The notes: generated by a model from the letters alone, not told the origin. DNA of 63,550 nucleotides, filler included, from Octopus bimaculoides (GCF_001194135.2; 3 parts of 3 records of this genome joined end to end with filler, not necessarily neighbours in it); one strand, 5' to 3'; counted from the whole stretch's first letter, positions 15,625 to 29,960 are shown. Translations and numbers: made by a program.

Positions 15625-15737
15625 CTCTAGACCAAAGCTTTGTGAGCGGATATAGTGGACGGAAACTGAAAGAAGGTTGTCGTGCATATATATAAATATA
15701 TATATGTGTGTGTGTGTGGATGTGTGTGTGTGTGTGG

Positions 15738-15777
<40 letters not shown>

Positions 15778-15897
15778 ATATATATATATATATCTATATC
15801 GTGCGAATATGGTGTTCGTATGGGTGTATATATATAACAATACAATTGATATGTGAGCATATGCATATATACATACATATATGTACATACCTACATC

Positions 15898-15957
<60 letters not shown>

Positions 15958-16474
15958 TGCATATCCGGGTATAGGACATCAAAAAACGTGGACAAAAAGG
16001 AACGGGAACATAAACAAAGCACAAAAAAAACGAACTATATATATATATATATATCGAAAGGAGTGTATTGTGTTCACCAACCATTGAGAAGCCTCTGCAA
16101 TGAATCACATTTTATGTTTGAATAGGAAATGAAATGAAAAAATAATTTCAAAATACTTTACTAAGTATAAACTTGTCGCAATTATATTTAACTAAATGCT
16201 ATTTTGATAATCGATAAAGCAGTTTAGGGCAATAGAATAACATTTAGAATAAATTTGCATAAACCAACTATAATTACGTTCTGACTAATAACACAAGCAC
16301 CATCCACTCCTCCATCAGTTCACCACCAGCGCCACCACCTCTACCGAACAGATTATGTCATACTTTAGTTTGTTGGAAATTCTGATTTTCTAAGTTACCA
16401 TATAAAATTATCATATTTATTATTAGGTTTTGCCGGGCGTTTTTGTCTGCTTTGTTCATTATTATTATTATCAC

Positions 16475-16531
<57 letters not shown>

Positions 16532-16700
16532 TTACCTTTAATCTGCATGTCTGTTACAATCACACGCCGAGACACACCCAGCGTCCCAGGGCGAGTGAAG
16601 GATAAAATATGCTACAGTATGACAGAAAGCTTGGCTGTAAGTGACCGGGGTAGTAGTAAAATATCGTCATGTAATACAACACATACTATTATTATTATTA

Positions 16701-16741
<41 letters not shown>

Positions 16742-16743
16742 CA

Positions 16744-16798
<55 letters not shown>

Positions 16799-16827
16799 TA
16801 TTATTATCATTATTATTATTATTATTA

Positions 16828-16873
<46 letters not shown>

Positions 16874-17974
16874 TATTATTATTTGATCAAGCGGTCCGTC
16901 TGTTGCCAGCATCCTCTGAGTGGCGGATTAGGTATGCCGTGGCTGTTAATGCGCAGACATGCGCTTCTATTGCGCCACCTACAACGATCTCTGGATGGTG
17001 AGTGTGTGGTGGGCTCTGTTTATGAGGCTCGTATTTCCACAGCTCGTCTCCTTGACGGAGCTGCAGTCCTAGGTGAAGAGAACGCCGCGACTGGGCGCCT
17101 GGTACCTAGAAAGTCGACAGGCGCTCACAGCCCTCTATCAGTCGAGCAATGGGATGGATGGATGGATGGATGTTCCGCTTTAGAAATTTGTAGAAGATTA
17201 ATGTCGAGGAAGTACGCCGATGTTCTCGGGGAAACTCTGGGCGCCGACGTGAATGAACTAGCTAGTCTGTTCCGGAAGACTTTCAGGTCGGGAACTATCA
17301 TGGATAAGTTCCAGATGCCCTTTTCCAATATACTGAAATAGACGCTAAATCGTATTTATCCTTTGGTCATATACAGAATGCAGCCCTGGAATAGTATGTC
17401 CTGGTTGTAGGCTGATAGCGAAGATCTTGGAATTTTCCGGTGTTAAATGGCCTGTTATTTTCTTCATTCATTTATATATATATATATATAGAAAGATTTG
17501 TGTGTGTCTGTGTGTGTATGTGTATGTGTGTGTGCGTGTGTTTTTGTGCGCGAATGTTTACGCGTGTTTCGTGTACGTTCATCCACCCCTGAAAAAATGT
17601 CATTTCCAATAGATACGCTCAGGTTCAGCTGCTATATATCTCTGTGAAGATATGCGTGAGCGTTACACAGCCGCTCTCTAGTAATTATGCTGGATAAAAT
17701 GGAGAGATTAACATGGAAGCAAAGTTCACGTTTCGTCAAGCTTAACGTTTTCTAACTCCGGATTTTGTTTAAATAGCGGATTTATTAATCAATATGGCAC
17801 ACGGTGACGACATTTATCGCCATTTTTATTTATCACTGGAACCAGAACAGCTTCCTAAATCAAGCCTGTACGTGGTTCTGTCTCTTTGGATTCGCTATGA
17901 TTGTCATTGTTGTTGTTGCTGTTGCTGGTATGGTGAGAAATTCTCGAAAGGATTAATTTATTTTCTCCTCACCG

Positions 17975-18022
17975 CTCTTAACCACAAGGTTCTGAGTTCA
18001 ATTCGAGGGAATGACCTGAATG

Positions 18023-18064
<42 letters not shown>

Positions 18065-18205
18065 TCGAAAAATATCTTAGAAATGAGAACCCAGAATCGA
18101 AATTTCCCCAAGACACCTGATGAAGGCTGGAGGGTATATCAGCCGAAACGTTGTGTTAACAACAAACAAGACGTGAAATGTAAATAATGTAAATGATGTG
18201 AGAAT
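17975..18205 (+). mobile_element. SINE-like element: truncated tRNA-like head, (AAT)n spacer, hammerhead-containing body
   Basis: B-box-like GTTCAATTC, then (AAT)n. The body catcgaaaaata..aaatgtaaataat is shared with 21268-21400, 42715-42913 and 42918-43146. Ends are approximate. Confidence 0.65.
18112..18157 (+). ncRNA. Minimal type-I hammerhead ribozyme motif, intact core
   Basis: Stem I GACAC/GTGTT; CTGATGA(A) core; stem II GGCTG/CAGCC; GAAA; palindromic stem III ACGT; GUU cleavage triplet ending at 18152. Confidence 0.7.
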
Positions 18206-18668
18206 TTTATGTATCCTAGCATTTTCTGTTTTTGCATAATCCTGAGAGACGAACCCGCTCCATCGAAAGCTAGGGTCACATACAGCAACAGCGTAGGGCT
18301 TGAAAGCCCAACAGCTTTTAATTATCTTGTTAAAGAGAGTGAGAAATTTATGTAGAGTGGACGTGAATGTGTTCAAAAAGCACTCTGGGTATCCTACCAT
18401 CTGCAATTCCAGACAAACCAGCGTTACGATAATTGAGATCTGCCGAAGCTGTACAGACTGCATACGTGACGCTCCGGTCTTACCGCGGCCCTCAACTACT
18501 AAAAGAATAAGAGAATAGACATACGTGCCCACAACACACACACACACACACACACACATGAATACACACATACATCAACACTTATCTTTATAACTTCACA
18601 CAACTAAAACTTTATTCTGTTTTAAAATACACATTTACACGCACTAATAAACGCTGATATTCATAAAA

Positions 18669-18752
<84 letters not shown>

Positions 18753-18819
18753 TCTTTCACTCACTCTCTCACCTGTATTCATAAAAGCAGAGATATATAC
18801 ACATACTTAGAGAAAGAGC

Positions 18820-18853
<34 letters not shown>

Positions 18854-19247
18854 GAGACAGAGAGAGACTAAAGGTGATGGCTAATTTTAACATACATTTA
18901 CATGATACTCACATACACACATATATCTCATATTAACAAATATACGCAAACGTATCCATATACACTAAAATACGCACATACACACACACACACAGCACAT
19001 AATAAAATTGTATCCTAGCTTAACATATCCACCCACACACGCAAACGAACCCACACTTGTACACGTATGATATAAAGTCCTCAAAGAACCAATTCCGACC
19101 ATATACACACACACACATTCATATACAAACATATGTACACACACACATACAGTAAACACGATATCCACATATTATACGCATGTGCATTCATGCATACACA
19201 ATAAAAACAGTATCATATTTTGGCATACACATACTGACATATACACA

Positions 19248-19293
<46 letters not shown>

Positions 19294-19796
19294 ACACACA
19301 CAGATTATATTTGAGAGAAACTAATGTTGCCATCTATATCTTATAATCCAAAAGATTATTGCAGTTTAAGGTAGATTTATATAGCTGTCATTCTATTATC
19401 AACTATATTCTTCTTCTACCTCTTCTTCTCTTCCTCCTCCTCCTTCTCTTTCTTCTTCTTCTTCTTCTTCTTCTTCTTCTTCTCCTCCTCTTCCTCCTCC
19501 TCTTCCTAATACTATGACTACTACTAATACTACTTCTATTCATTTTCTCTACCACCGCGTCCTCTTGTTCTTAGTTCATTTCGTCTTCCTCTTCGTCTTC
19601 TCGGGTCTTCAACTTTCCCATTTCCCTTTATCCTCCTCCTCCTCTTCTTCTTCTTCTTCTTCTTCTTCTAAATTCATCTTAGTCCCTTCTACTATTTCTG
19701 GATTACTGCCCCTTTCCTTTCACCAAAACCACAAGGCATCGAGTTTCTTATAGATGTCACTACAGATAGAAATAGTGTATGTGTATGTAAGTGTAT

Positions 19797-19845
<49 letters not shown>

Positions 19846-20391
19846 NNNNNNNNNNNNNNNNNNNNNNNNNNNNNNNNNNNNNNNNNNNNNNNNNNNNNNN
19901 NNNNNNNNNNNNNNNNNNNNNNNNNNNNNNNNNNNNNNNNNNNNNNNNNNNNNNNNNNNNNNNNNNNNNNNNNNNNNNNNNNNNNNNNNNNNNNNNNNNN
20001 NNNNNNNNNNNNNNNNNNNNNNNNNNNNNNNNNNNNNNNNNNNNNNNNNNNNNNNNNNNNNNNNNNNNNNNNNNNNNNNNNNNNNNNNNNNNNNNNNNNN
20101 NNNNNNNNNNNNNNNNNNNNNNNNNNNNNNNNNNNNNNNNNNNNNNNNNNNNNNNNNNNNNNNNNNNNNNNNNNNNNNNNNNNNNNNNNNNNNNNNNNNN
20201 NNNNNNNNNNNNNNNNNNNNNNNNNNNNNNNNNNNNNNNNNNNNNNNNNNNNNNNNNNNNNNNNNNNNNNNNNNNNNNNNNNNNNNNNNNNNNNNNNNNN
20301 NNNNNNNNNNNNNNNNNNNNNNNNNNNNNNNNNNNNNNNNNNNNNNNNNNNNNNNNNNNNNNNNNNNNNNNNNNNNNNNNNNNNNNNNNNN

Positions 20392-20447
<56 letters not shown>

Positions 20448-20631
20448 TGTGTGTGTGCGGGCATGTGATTATGTGTGTGCGTATGTGTGTTCGTGTGTGT
20501 GTGTGTGAAACACAGAAAGAGAGAGGGGGATTATATGCGTTAGAAACACCGGGTCTTCATGCGGCGTGTGTGTGTTTGTGTATGTATGAGAGAGAGATAG
20601 AGAGATAGAGATATAGAGAGATAGAGAGAGA

Positions 20632-20692
<61 letters not shown>

Positions 20693-21208
20693 CAGAATAG
20701 AGTGAGTATATTGCGCGGGAATGAGAAACTATTTGTGTATGCGTATAACGGAGAGAGAAAGGGAGAGGGAGAAAGAGTTTGGGAGTGCGTATGTGTGCAC
20801 AAGTGTGTGTCTGTGTTTGTCAGTGTATGATGTGTGTGAGTGTATGTATATGTGCAACAGAGAAAGAGAGACAGGGAGGCTGTGTATATGTATATATATG
20901 TATGTGTGTATGTTTGGTGTATAAAGGAATGAGAGAAAGAACGAAGGCTGAGTATGTATGCATGTGTGTATGTCTGTATGTGTGTGTGTTCGTCCATGTG
21001 TGTTCAAAGATCAGAAGTAACAGGCTTTGGTCTGGTTCCGATTCAAAGATTCTCAGCCGGAATTCTAGAAATTTCTACACTAAAATTTCAAAATTCCCTC
21101 TTGGTATTTAATTGTTTATGAAACAAGCCTTACATTTTATGGCGAGGGAAAAATCGATTATATTGACACCAATACGAGACTGGTACTAAATGATAACAAC
21201 AACAACAA

Positions 21209-21269
<61 letters not shown>

Positions 21270-21305
21270 TCGAAAAATACCTTAGGAATGAGAAATTTTC
21301 CCCAA

Positions 21306-21351
21306 GACACCTGATGAAGGCTGGAGGGTATATCAGCCGAAACATTGTATT
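21306..21351 (+). ncRNA. Hammerhead motif, same family, degenerate
   Basis: Core is identical, but stem III reads ACAT instead of ACGT (21344) and stem I has a mismatch (21349). Confidence 0.55.
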
Positions 21352-22804
21352 AACAACAAACAAGATGAGGACAAACATCCGTCAAGTGTAAATAATGTAC
21401 ATAATTCCTCTCATCCCTTCTATATAGAACAGCAAATATTCTGTTCAATACCACAGATTTATTTGTCAGTTGCTTGACCTTAACCGATTAAGCATGTCCC
21501 TTGGTGTCTGACGATATGTGCATCTCTGATCACGAGCACAAGTAGAGGAGCATCATCATAGCCATGTGTTGAGAGGAATTCTTTGGTTTCTATTTCTATA
21601 ATACACAAAATATTTTAACAATTTTTGTTATATAATTCCTTATAATATTTAATTAAAAATACAAAAGGATTTTGGTTGCAAACATGGAATGGTTACGAAT
21701 CTACGCGAGTGAGATTCAGGTGATTGGAGTCCACAGGTACAAAATGGTTGAGAACTATTGCCTTACACCTACGAAGCGAAATCCAGATAAATCCTTTGAC
21801 ACTAGCGTTTCAACACAATCATTTGTGACGAACTTTGTCTCTTCTCGTAAATGTCTTACAAGCAGCATATCTTGGTCTACTCAGCAAACAGACGAACGAA
21901 TAGCGATTGTCTATTCTTCACTCTTCTATTCTATTCTATTTACTTAGAGAAGATTACAATGACTATCTACACCGTTTTTATATAGACATAGTAAGTTTGG
22001 CAATTATTGATATATTGGATTACTGGAAAACGATATAAATCAAAACTAAAATAATCTAAAATTTCAATCTATGTTTGTCTTGTAGGAAGAGCAACGAAAA
22101 AAGACGCAGAGGAAACAAGAGAGAAGACAAAAAAGAGATGTGGAATGGAAACTTACGTGTCATAAACTTAATTAGAAGGATAACACCGAGAATTTAGTTA
22201 TCTGGCTTGTATTAACAGACAGCAGCTAGCGATGAAAGAAACTAATAATTTCTGTTTAACATTGTAATGAAATGTCTTGCCTGTAATCAATGTCAGACAA
22301 GCTGAAATAATAACAGTATTATCTTTATCAATGCCGTAGTTAATTTGAACAGTAAACAGCGAACTTCGTCACATTATTGAATTTAAACGTCCACATCATG
22401 ACGTTACGTCCATGATGGGTTTTCGGGCGCCATTGTTACAGAGATAGAATATTCGCAGAAAACAACCCCAGCCCCCCACATTCACCGACCCCACCGACTT
22501 ATGAAAGCATTAAATGTATTGTTCAATTTGAAAAAAAAGACAAAAAAGCACAATTAAATAAACAGAAGAATCACATAAAAACAAACAAGAAAATCATAAT
22601 GCAGTTGGAATTTGCTACTTAAAAAAGTAAAATTTGCTATGTACATACGTACATATATACGGAAGTGGTTGTGTGGTAAGAAGCTTGATTCCCAACTCTA
22701 TGACTCCGGGTTCAGTCCCATTGCGTATCACCTTGGGTAACTGTCTTCTACTATTGTCCCGGGCCTTGAGTCGATTTGGTCGGAGGAAACGGAAGGAAGC
22801 TCGT

Positions 22805-22859
<55 letters not shown>

Positions 22860-24265
22860 GTACATACGACTGTATATATGGTACTAAAGCTAGCAACGGA
22901 AGTGACTTTGCTAATACTAAAGGTATACAATTAGCAAATTTAATTCTAAAACATGATAATTGGTGACTGCTTAGTTACTTTTGTGGATGATAAAACCTCT
23001 GATGGTTTTACGGATATGAGCTCGGCTATTACACCGGTTCTACTCGTCTAACATCCCCTGCAAAGACAAAGAATTAGGCTTTTTTCATTGCGCCAACTCT
23101 ACAGATGAAGAATTGTTTTTAAATTCTCAGAATAAGTTATTTAAACTTATTACGAAAAAAATATCGTTAACGTGATGAGAAAATATTGAAACTATTATTA
23201 ATAAAAAAAAGAGTTAATCGATTATAGTGGTCGAGTGTTATAAGTTAACATAAGCAATACAATAGGAAATAAATAAAACACTTTTTTTTTTATCGGAGAC
23301 AAACAAAAAGTTTTAAAAAGTGTAAAAATATAATAACAATAAACGAAACAAATATGTCTGACTTAAGACTGTTCAACAATTTAAGCTACAATCACTGATT
23401 TCATTATATAAGTACATATGCATACACTCATATAGGTGTGTATGTGTGTTTCTATAGACACGCACATGCATACATACAAATATATATATATATATATATA
23501 NNNNNNNNNNNNNNNNNNNNNNNNNNNNNNNNNNNNNNNNNNNNNNNNNNNNNNNNNNNNNNNNNNNNNNNNNNNNNNNNNNNNNNNNNNNNNNNNNNNN
23601 NNNNNNNNNNNNNNNNNNNNNNNNNNNNNNNNNNNNNNNNNNNNNNNNNNNNNNNNNNNNNNNNNNNNNNNNNNNNNNNNNNNNNNNNNNNNNNNNNNNN
23701 NNNNNNNNNNNNNNNNNNNNNNNNNNNNNNNNNNNNNNNNNNNNNNNNNNNNNNNNNNNNNNNNNNNNNNNNNNNNNNNNNNNNNNNNNNNNNNNNNNNN
23801 NNNNNNNNNNNNNNNNNNNNNNNNNNNNNNNNNNNNNNNNNNNNNNNNNNNNNNNNNNNNNNNNNNNNNNNNNNNNNNNNNNNNNNNNNNNNNNNNNNNN
23901 NNNNNNNNNNNNNNNNNNNNNNNNNNNNNNNNNNNNNNNNNNNNNNNNNNNNNNNNNNNNNNNNNNNNNNNNNNNNNNNNNNNNNNNNNNNNNNNNNNNN
24001 NNNNNNNNNNNNNNNNNNNNNNNNNNNNNNNNNNNNNNNNNNNNNNNNNNNNNNNNNNNNNNNNNNNNNNNNNNNNNNNNNNNNNNNNNNNNNNNNNNNN
24101 NNNNNNNNNNNNNNNNNNNNNNNNNNNNNNNNNNNNNNNNNNNNNNNNNNNNNNNNNNNNNNNNNNNNNNNNNNNNNNNNNNNNNNNNNNNNNNNNNNNN
24201 NNNNNNNNNNNNNNNNNNNNNNNNNNNNNNNNNNNNNNNNNNNNNNNNNNNNNNNNNNNNNNNNN

Positions 24266-24334
<69 letters not shown>

Positions 24335-27300
24335 AATACATAAACACACGCACATACACACAATTACACATACGCCTACACATACGTGCGCACACATTAA
24401 CATAGAAAGCAACATGAAAATAATCAGCCATTGATAAAACCTCGAGCTAGAAAAATATTTAATATATTTAATATGGGAGAAAATATCTTCCTTTGTTACT
24501 GCTTTCCTTTTTAATTTTATTGTCGTACAAAATGTTATTAAGATTAAATTAGGAGCGAAAAGGACAATAAACTAAAAGAGACTCCAGTTAAAATTCAATA
24601 AAAAAATGATACGCAATAATGATATTTAATGAAAAAATTGATATATCTAATCGAATACAACTCTCTATATATATTATAATCATTCTATATTATTATTAAA
24701 GAGCCACGCATGGCAAAGTTAATAACATATCTGAAATCTAATCTAGGTTTTAATGTTTGTTATCTTACCATAATCCCCAAAGGCGATGGACTGTCAGAGG
24801 CGTTTGGACTATGGACAAAATAGCAGGTGCTGTTGCGGTCAGTTTAGGGTGTTTATTTTAAAACAATGAGTTCAAATTTCGCAGGAATTGCTTTTGCTTT
24901 CGATCCTTGATATCATAAAGTATGTTTTCAGGTGGTGAATTGGTGGGAATTTTAAAGCGTTGGACAAAGAAATTTATAGTATTTGGGTAATTGTGTTAAC
25001 CTCTCATCGATGACGTTGGAGAAAGAACACTAATATACATCGGTTTCTGGTTGTCTCAAATACTTTTTGTGCCACTGGTTTTAAGGCTGTGGATTCTTCA
25101 GTATGGACGTTTCACGTATCAATCCTTAAAACGCTTATTATTGGTTGCTTGCTCACGCTAAAAATATCACACTACTTTAAATTGAGCTAATCAATATAAA
25201 ACAGGTGAAATTAGTTAATTAATAAGTAGAAACATAATTATGTACTTAATTACCTCCCCTACTTTCCTACTCAGCGATTTACATTCCTCCCTTGATGTTG
25301 CCTTATCAGAGACGCAAACTGCAACCGCCATCTTTCTCAGTCAGATCCTCTCTCCCTATCTCCATCTTCTCCAATAAAAAGCTCCATCTTCTTCCCTCCA
25401 ATTTTCCCTGTTATACTCCTAATTTTCACCCACCTATGTTTCCAATCAGAGACCTAACTTCCTACCGCCATATTCCCCAACGAAACATTTAAATTAATAT
25501 CTCAAAGTTTCCGTTGAAGACCTAACTATTTACCTCCATATTTCTCAGTCAGAAGTATAACTTTCTACCGGCATCTACCCCAATTAGATTCGTAGTTTCC
25601 TGTCTCAATAGAGAAACATAACTCTCGGCTGCCATCTTCGCAAGCCACACTCGTAACTTCCTACATCCTTCCATATTTTTTCCCGTTAAGAGACGTCCTT
25701 TCCTCCGGTCATTCTTTGCTAATTTTCCCTTCAATCTCACGTATCCTACTATTTCGCTTCCAGATCATTCTTCGATGCTACTCAATCAACCCATCTTTTG
25801 CCTTCATACGTTTCCAATAACAAAATTGAAACTAAAAAACGTACATGAAAATTCTAAAACTACGTATTCCNNNNNNNNNNNNNNNNNNNNNNNNNNNNNN
25901 NNNNNNNNNNNNNNNNNNNNNNNNNNNNNNNNNNNNNNNNNNNNNNNNNNNNNNNNNNNNNNNNNNNNNNNNNNNNNNNNNNNNNNNNNNNNNNNNNNNN
26001 NNNNNNNNNNNNNNNNNNNNNNNNNNNNNNNNNNNNNNNNNNNNNNNNNNNNNNNNNNNNNNNNNNNNNNNNNNNNNNNNNNNNNNNNNNNNNNNNNNNN
26101 NNNNNNNNNNNNNNNNNNNNNNNGACTAGTTATGTAGCTATACATCAATATCCCTAGATCTCCGCAATTATTTCTCTATACTTCTAGCCATCCCGCTTCG
26201 TCTCCATCGTTCTATTAATCTTAATCCACCCCTCAACTTCCATAGCAGCGTCTGTTTACTCTATATCTGCTCATAAAACATTAAAACAAAATTAAAACAA
26301 AATGCAGAATCTCAAACAACAATTCACAGCTACACTAAATCATTTAATTATATCCCCAGGTCTCTTAATTATTTATTAATTAGTAGAGTAAACGGTATTA
26401 TTTGTCTTTTAATTGGTTGGATCTGAACTTTTTTTATTTTGGTGTGTTTCAATTAAATTCAAAATTTTCTTTTAATATTGGTTTTAAATTGTAGCACAAG
26501 GCCAGTAATTTCGAGGTAAGTGGTAAGTTGATAACATCGACCCCAGCGTTCAACTGGTACTTACCCTGAAATTGCTCTCCTTGTAGCAAAATTCGAAATC
26601 ATTTAGACGATATAAATGAAGGTACCGAGCTGGCTGAATCGTTAGAATGCCGGGCAAAGTGCTTAGCGGTATTTCGTCTGTCTTTACGTTCTGAGTTCAA
26701 ATTCCGCCATGGTCGACTTTGACTTTCATCCTTTTGAGATCGTTACAATTTAAGAAATAAAATGATGGACACTTCCATTGTTATGTTCTGAATTTGTAAC
26801 GTTGATCCTCATTGTGTGTGTGGTGTGTGTGTGTGTGCGCGCGCGCGTTCGTGTGTGTGTGTGCCTGTGCATCTGTGTGATAGCGCTCGCTTGTGTATTT
26901 TTGTGCGTTTAAACAATCATTATTTTTCTGAGAGAATTGCAAATTCCAGAAATTTCGAATTAGTGATTATGTGTGTGTGTGTATACGTATATGTACATAT
27001 ATGTGTGTGTGTGCGTGTGTATATATATATATATATATNNNNNNNNNNNNNNNNNNNNNNNNNNNNNNNNNNNNNNNNNNNNNNNNNNNNNNNNNNNNNN
27101 NNNNNNNNNNNNNNNNNNNNNNNNNNNNNNNNNNNNNNNNNNNNNNNNNNNNNNNNNNNNNNNNNNNNNNNNNNNNNNNNNNNNNNNNNNNNNNNNNNNN
27201 NNNNNNNNNNNNNNNNNNNNNNNNNNNNNNNNNNNNNNNNNNNNNNNNNNNNNNNNNNNNNNNNNNNNNNNNNNNNNNNNNNNNNNNNNNNNNNNNNNNN

Positions 27301-27379
27301 NNNNNNNNNNNNNNNNNNNNNNNNNNNNNNNNNNNNNNNNNNNNNNNNNNNNNNNNNNNNNNNNNNNNNNNNNNNNNNN

Positions 27380-27414
<35 letters not shown>

Positions 27415-27511
27415 TATATATATATATATATGTTGAAAGAGGGATAGGTAGATAGATAGTTAGATTGATAGATAAATGGATAGATAGATACATAGAGAGA
27501 GAGAGAGAAAG

Positions 27512-27546
<35 letters not shown>

Positions 27547-27637
27547 TAAAACAGGCAGGCACACAGGAGTGAAGTAAGACACAAAATAAACGATTACACA
27601 CACACATACACTCGCACGCACACTTATATATATATAT

Positions 27638-27708
<71 letters not shown>

Positions 27709-28676
27709 TACAATTACACGGATAAGTGGAATAACTATGTCATTATTTCCTCTGTTTTTAATCATTCATCCCCAAAATCCTCTTCGATCTCTATTACTTC
27801 GATCATTTGCCTTTGATTCTGGGCTAATTTTCGTTCGGCTATAATCATTTGCCATACATTATCTCGCATTTACGTTTAATGAATTGCATTTATTTAATCA
27901 AATTTGACATAAAAGGCAAAGATTTATACGAACCGTAAGCGGCACGTACGTATTCACATATATACAGTAGGGTGCACATGTTTAATAAACAATAGCTCAT
28001 ATAACAAATTTTTTTCACTACATTTCGAAGTAAGTGTATTTAGACACACGCTGACACACGCTGACACACGCTGACACACACGTATAATATCTATAGCACG
28101 TTTGTGCCTCAGTCTTATAAATTGTCACACGCACAGTTTGAATTCATATACGGACACATATACACACACATATATATATATACGTAACTGTCGAACAATG
28201 AGAATGAGTGCTCGACACAGCAATGGTGGATAAAATTGCTTTATTTGTGTATTAAGGCTAACATTGCTTTCATATTTAGAAAAATATCTGAATATCATAA
28301 TATCTTAACAAGCCGTTCGCATAGAGGGATGGTCACCATTTTGGACGAAACACGAGGAGTCTCGGGAATTCACAAAATAGTCGCGTAAAGTAAACAAAAA
28401 ATGAAGGTGTGTTACTCTTGAATGACACCTTTTGAATGATTATCTCTTTTTGATTTGACTTTTGTGGAAAAACCGTGTTGAATAGTGAACGTCACCAAAA
28501 AACAAATTTAAAAGATGGGACAGACAGACAGGCAAGCAGACAGACAGGCAACCAGACAGACAGGCAAGCAGACAGACAGATAGATAGATAGATAGATATG
28601 CAAGGATAAATAAATACATATACACATATATACATAAATATATACATAGACATATATATGTGCCTGTGCATAAATG

Positions 28677-28755
<79 letters not shown>

Positions 28756-29232
28756 GCTGACCAAACAGCTGTAAATATTGGAAGGCACGCCTTGCTTCAT
28801 ATCATCGATGCAAATATCCGCAAGCATACGTAGAGTGCATTGCTGCATAACATATTAGTAATAGTTTGGAGGTTTAAACAAAGGAAATTTCCGCGTTAAT
28901 GTATGGCATAAATTGTTGACAAGCCGTAAAATGAGATGTATGGAAGGTCCATGTATTGTTGAATGGATATCAGTAGAATCTCTGCCTCATGTGACACATC
29001 CTGTACCAGCCCTCATCATTTTTGTGAACCACTGAAAATCAATTCCATGATCTGAAGCTGACATACCTAAACATACACACCTGTTTGCAAAGTTCTATAT
29101 ACATAAATAAATACTAAATAATAGAATCAGGCCAAAATTAATCAATAAAAATTTCTCCAAAACACGTCTCCATAACAAGCCACCCAACAGCCTAAGCACC
29201 ACTCTACTAACCACGCGCCTTCACGCTTATAC

Positions 29233-29286
<54 letters not shown>

Positions 29287-29386
29287 NNNNNNNNNNNNNN
29301 NNNNNNNNNNNNNNNNNNNNNNNNNNNNNNTTAATTAATTAANNNNNNNNNNNNNNNNNNNNNNNNNNNNNNNNNNNNNNNNNNNN
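29287..29386. other. Artificial 100-bp scaffold join (44 N + TTAATTAATTAA + 44 N)
   Basis: The 12-mer gives stop codons in all six frames; an identical construct occurs at 54091-54190. Confidence 0.9.
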
Positions 29387-29960
29387 ATATATATACAATA
29401 TATATATATATATGTATATCATCATCATCATCGTTTAACATCTGCTTTCCATGCTGGCATGGGTTGGACAATATATATATATATATACAATTGCAGCGTG
29501 GAAGGTGTTTATAAGCCATTTAAAATAACACACAAAATCCGTTAGATTCACTTCAACATTTAAATTTAATTTGTCAAAATATTTTCATCGCTTTGAGACC
29601 GCGATCTGTTCACTGACGAAATTCTGTGCTTCATCTGAGAAAGTAACAGTTAGTTCATGATATATGCGTACGTGTGTATGTATGTATTTATGTGCGTGTA
29701 CATGTGTGCGCGTATGCATCTGTGTACATGCGTATGCATGTGTGCATGCCTATACACATGTATGTATATATGTATGTATGTGAGTATGTATGTACTTATG
29801 GATGTACGTGAGTAATAGGGTAAGTGTGTAGACGTGTTTGTATGTGTGTGTGTGCATATGTATGTACATGTGAACGTATGTTTATGTACTGATATGCGCA
29901 TCAGTTCAAGTTGTATACATGACAGTTACTTTGTTGAAGGTTGTATATATATATATATAT

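Noticed and set aside
16430-17341. 303-aa plus-strand ORF
   Set aside because: About a third is an (ATT)n poly-Tyr tract. The remainder looks like an interspersed repeat plus a possible short RT-like remnant (LASLFRKTFRSG); not supportable as a gene.
21672-21947. INPLTL segment resembling the MYO19 N-terminal VNPVTL
   Set aside because: Flanking residues do not match and the frame closes after eight more codons.
22086-22175. Possible terminal exon EEQRKKTQRKQERRQKRDVEWKLTCHKLN* after a tgtag acceptor
   Set aside because: Purine-rich low-complexity sequence with no linked upstream exon or recognisable homology.
22394-22417. Short near-palindrome CATCATGACGTTACGTCCATGATG with a CRE-like half site
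   Set aside because: Too short and isolated to distinguish from chance.
29331-29342. TTAATTAATTAA palindrome (also 54135-54146)
   Set aside because: Synthetic six-frame-stop linker centred in a 100-bp gap, not biological.
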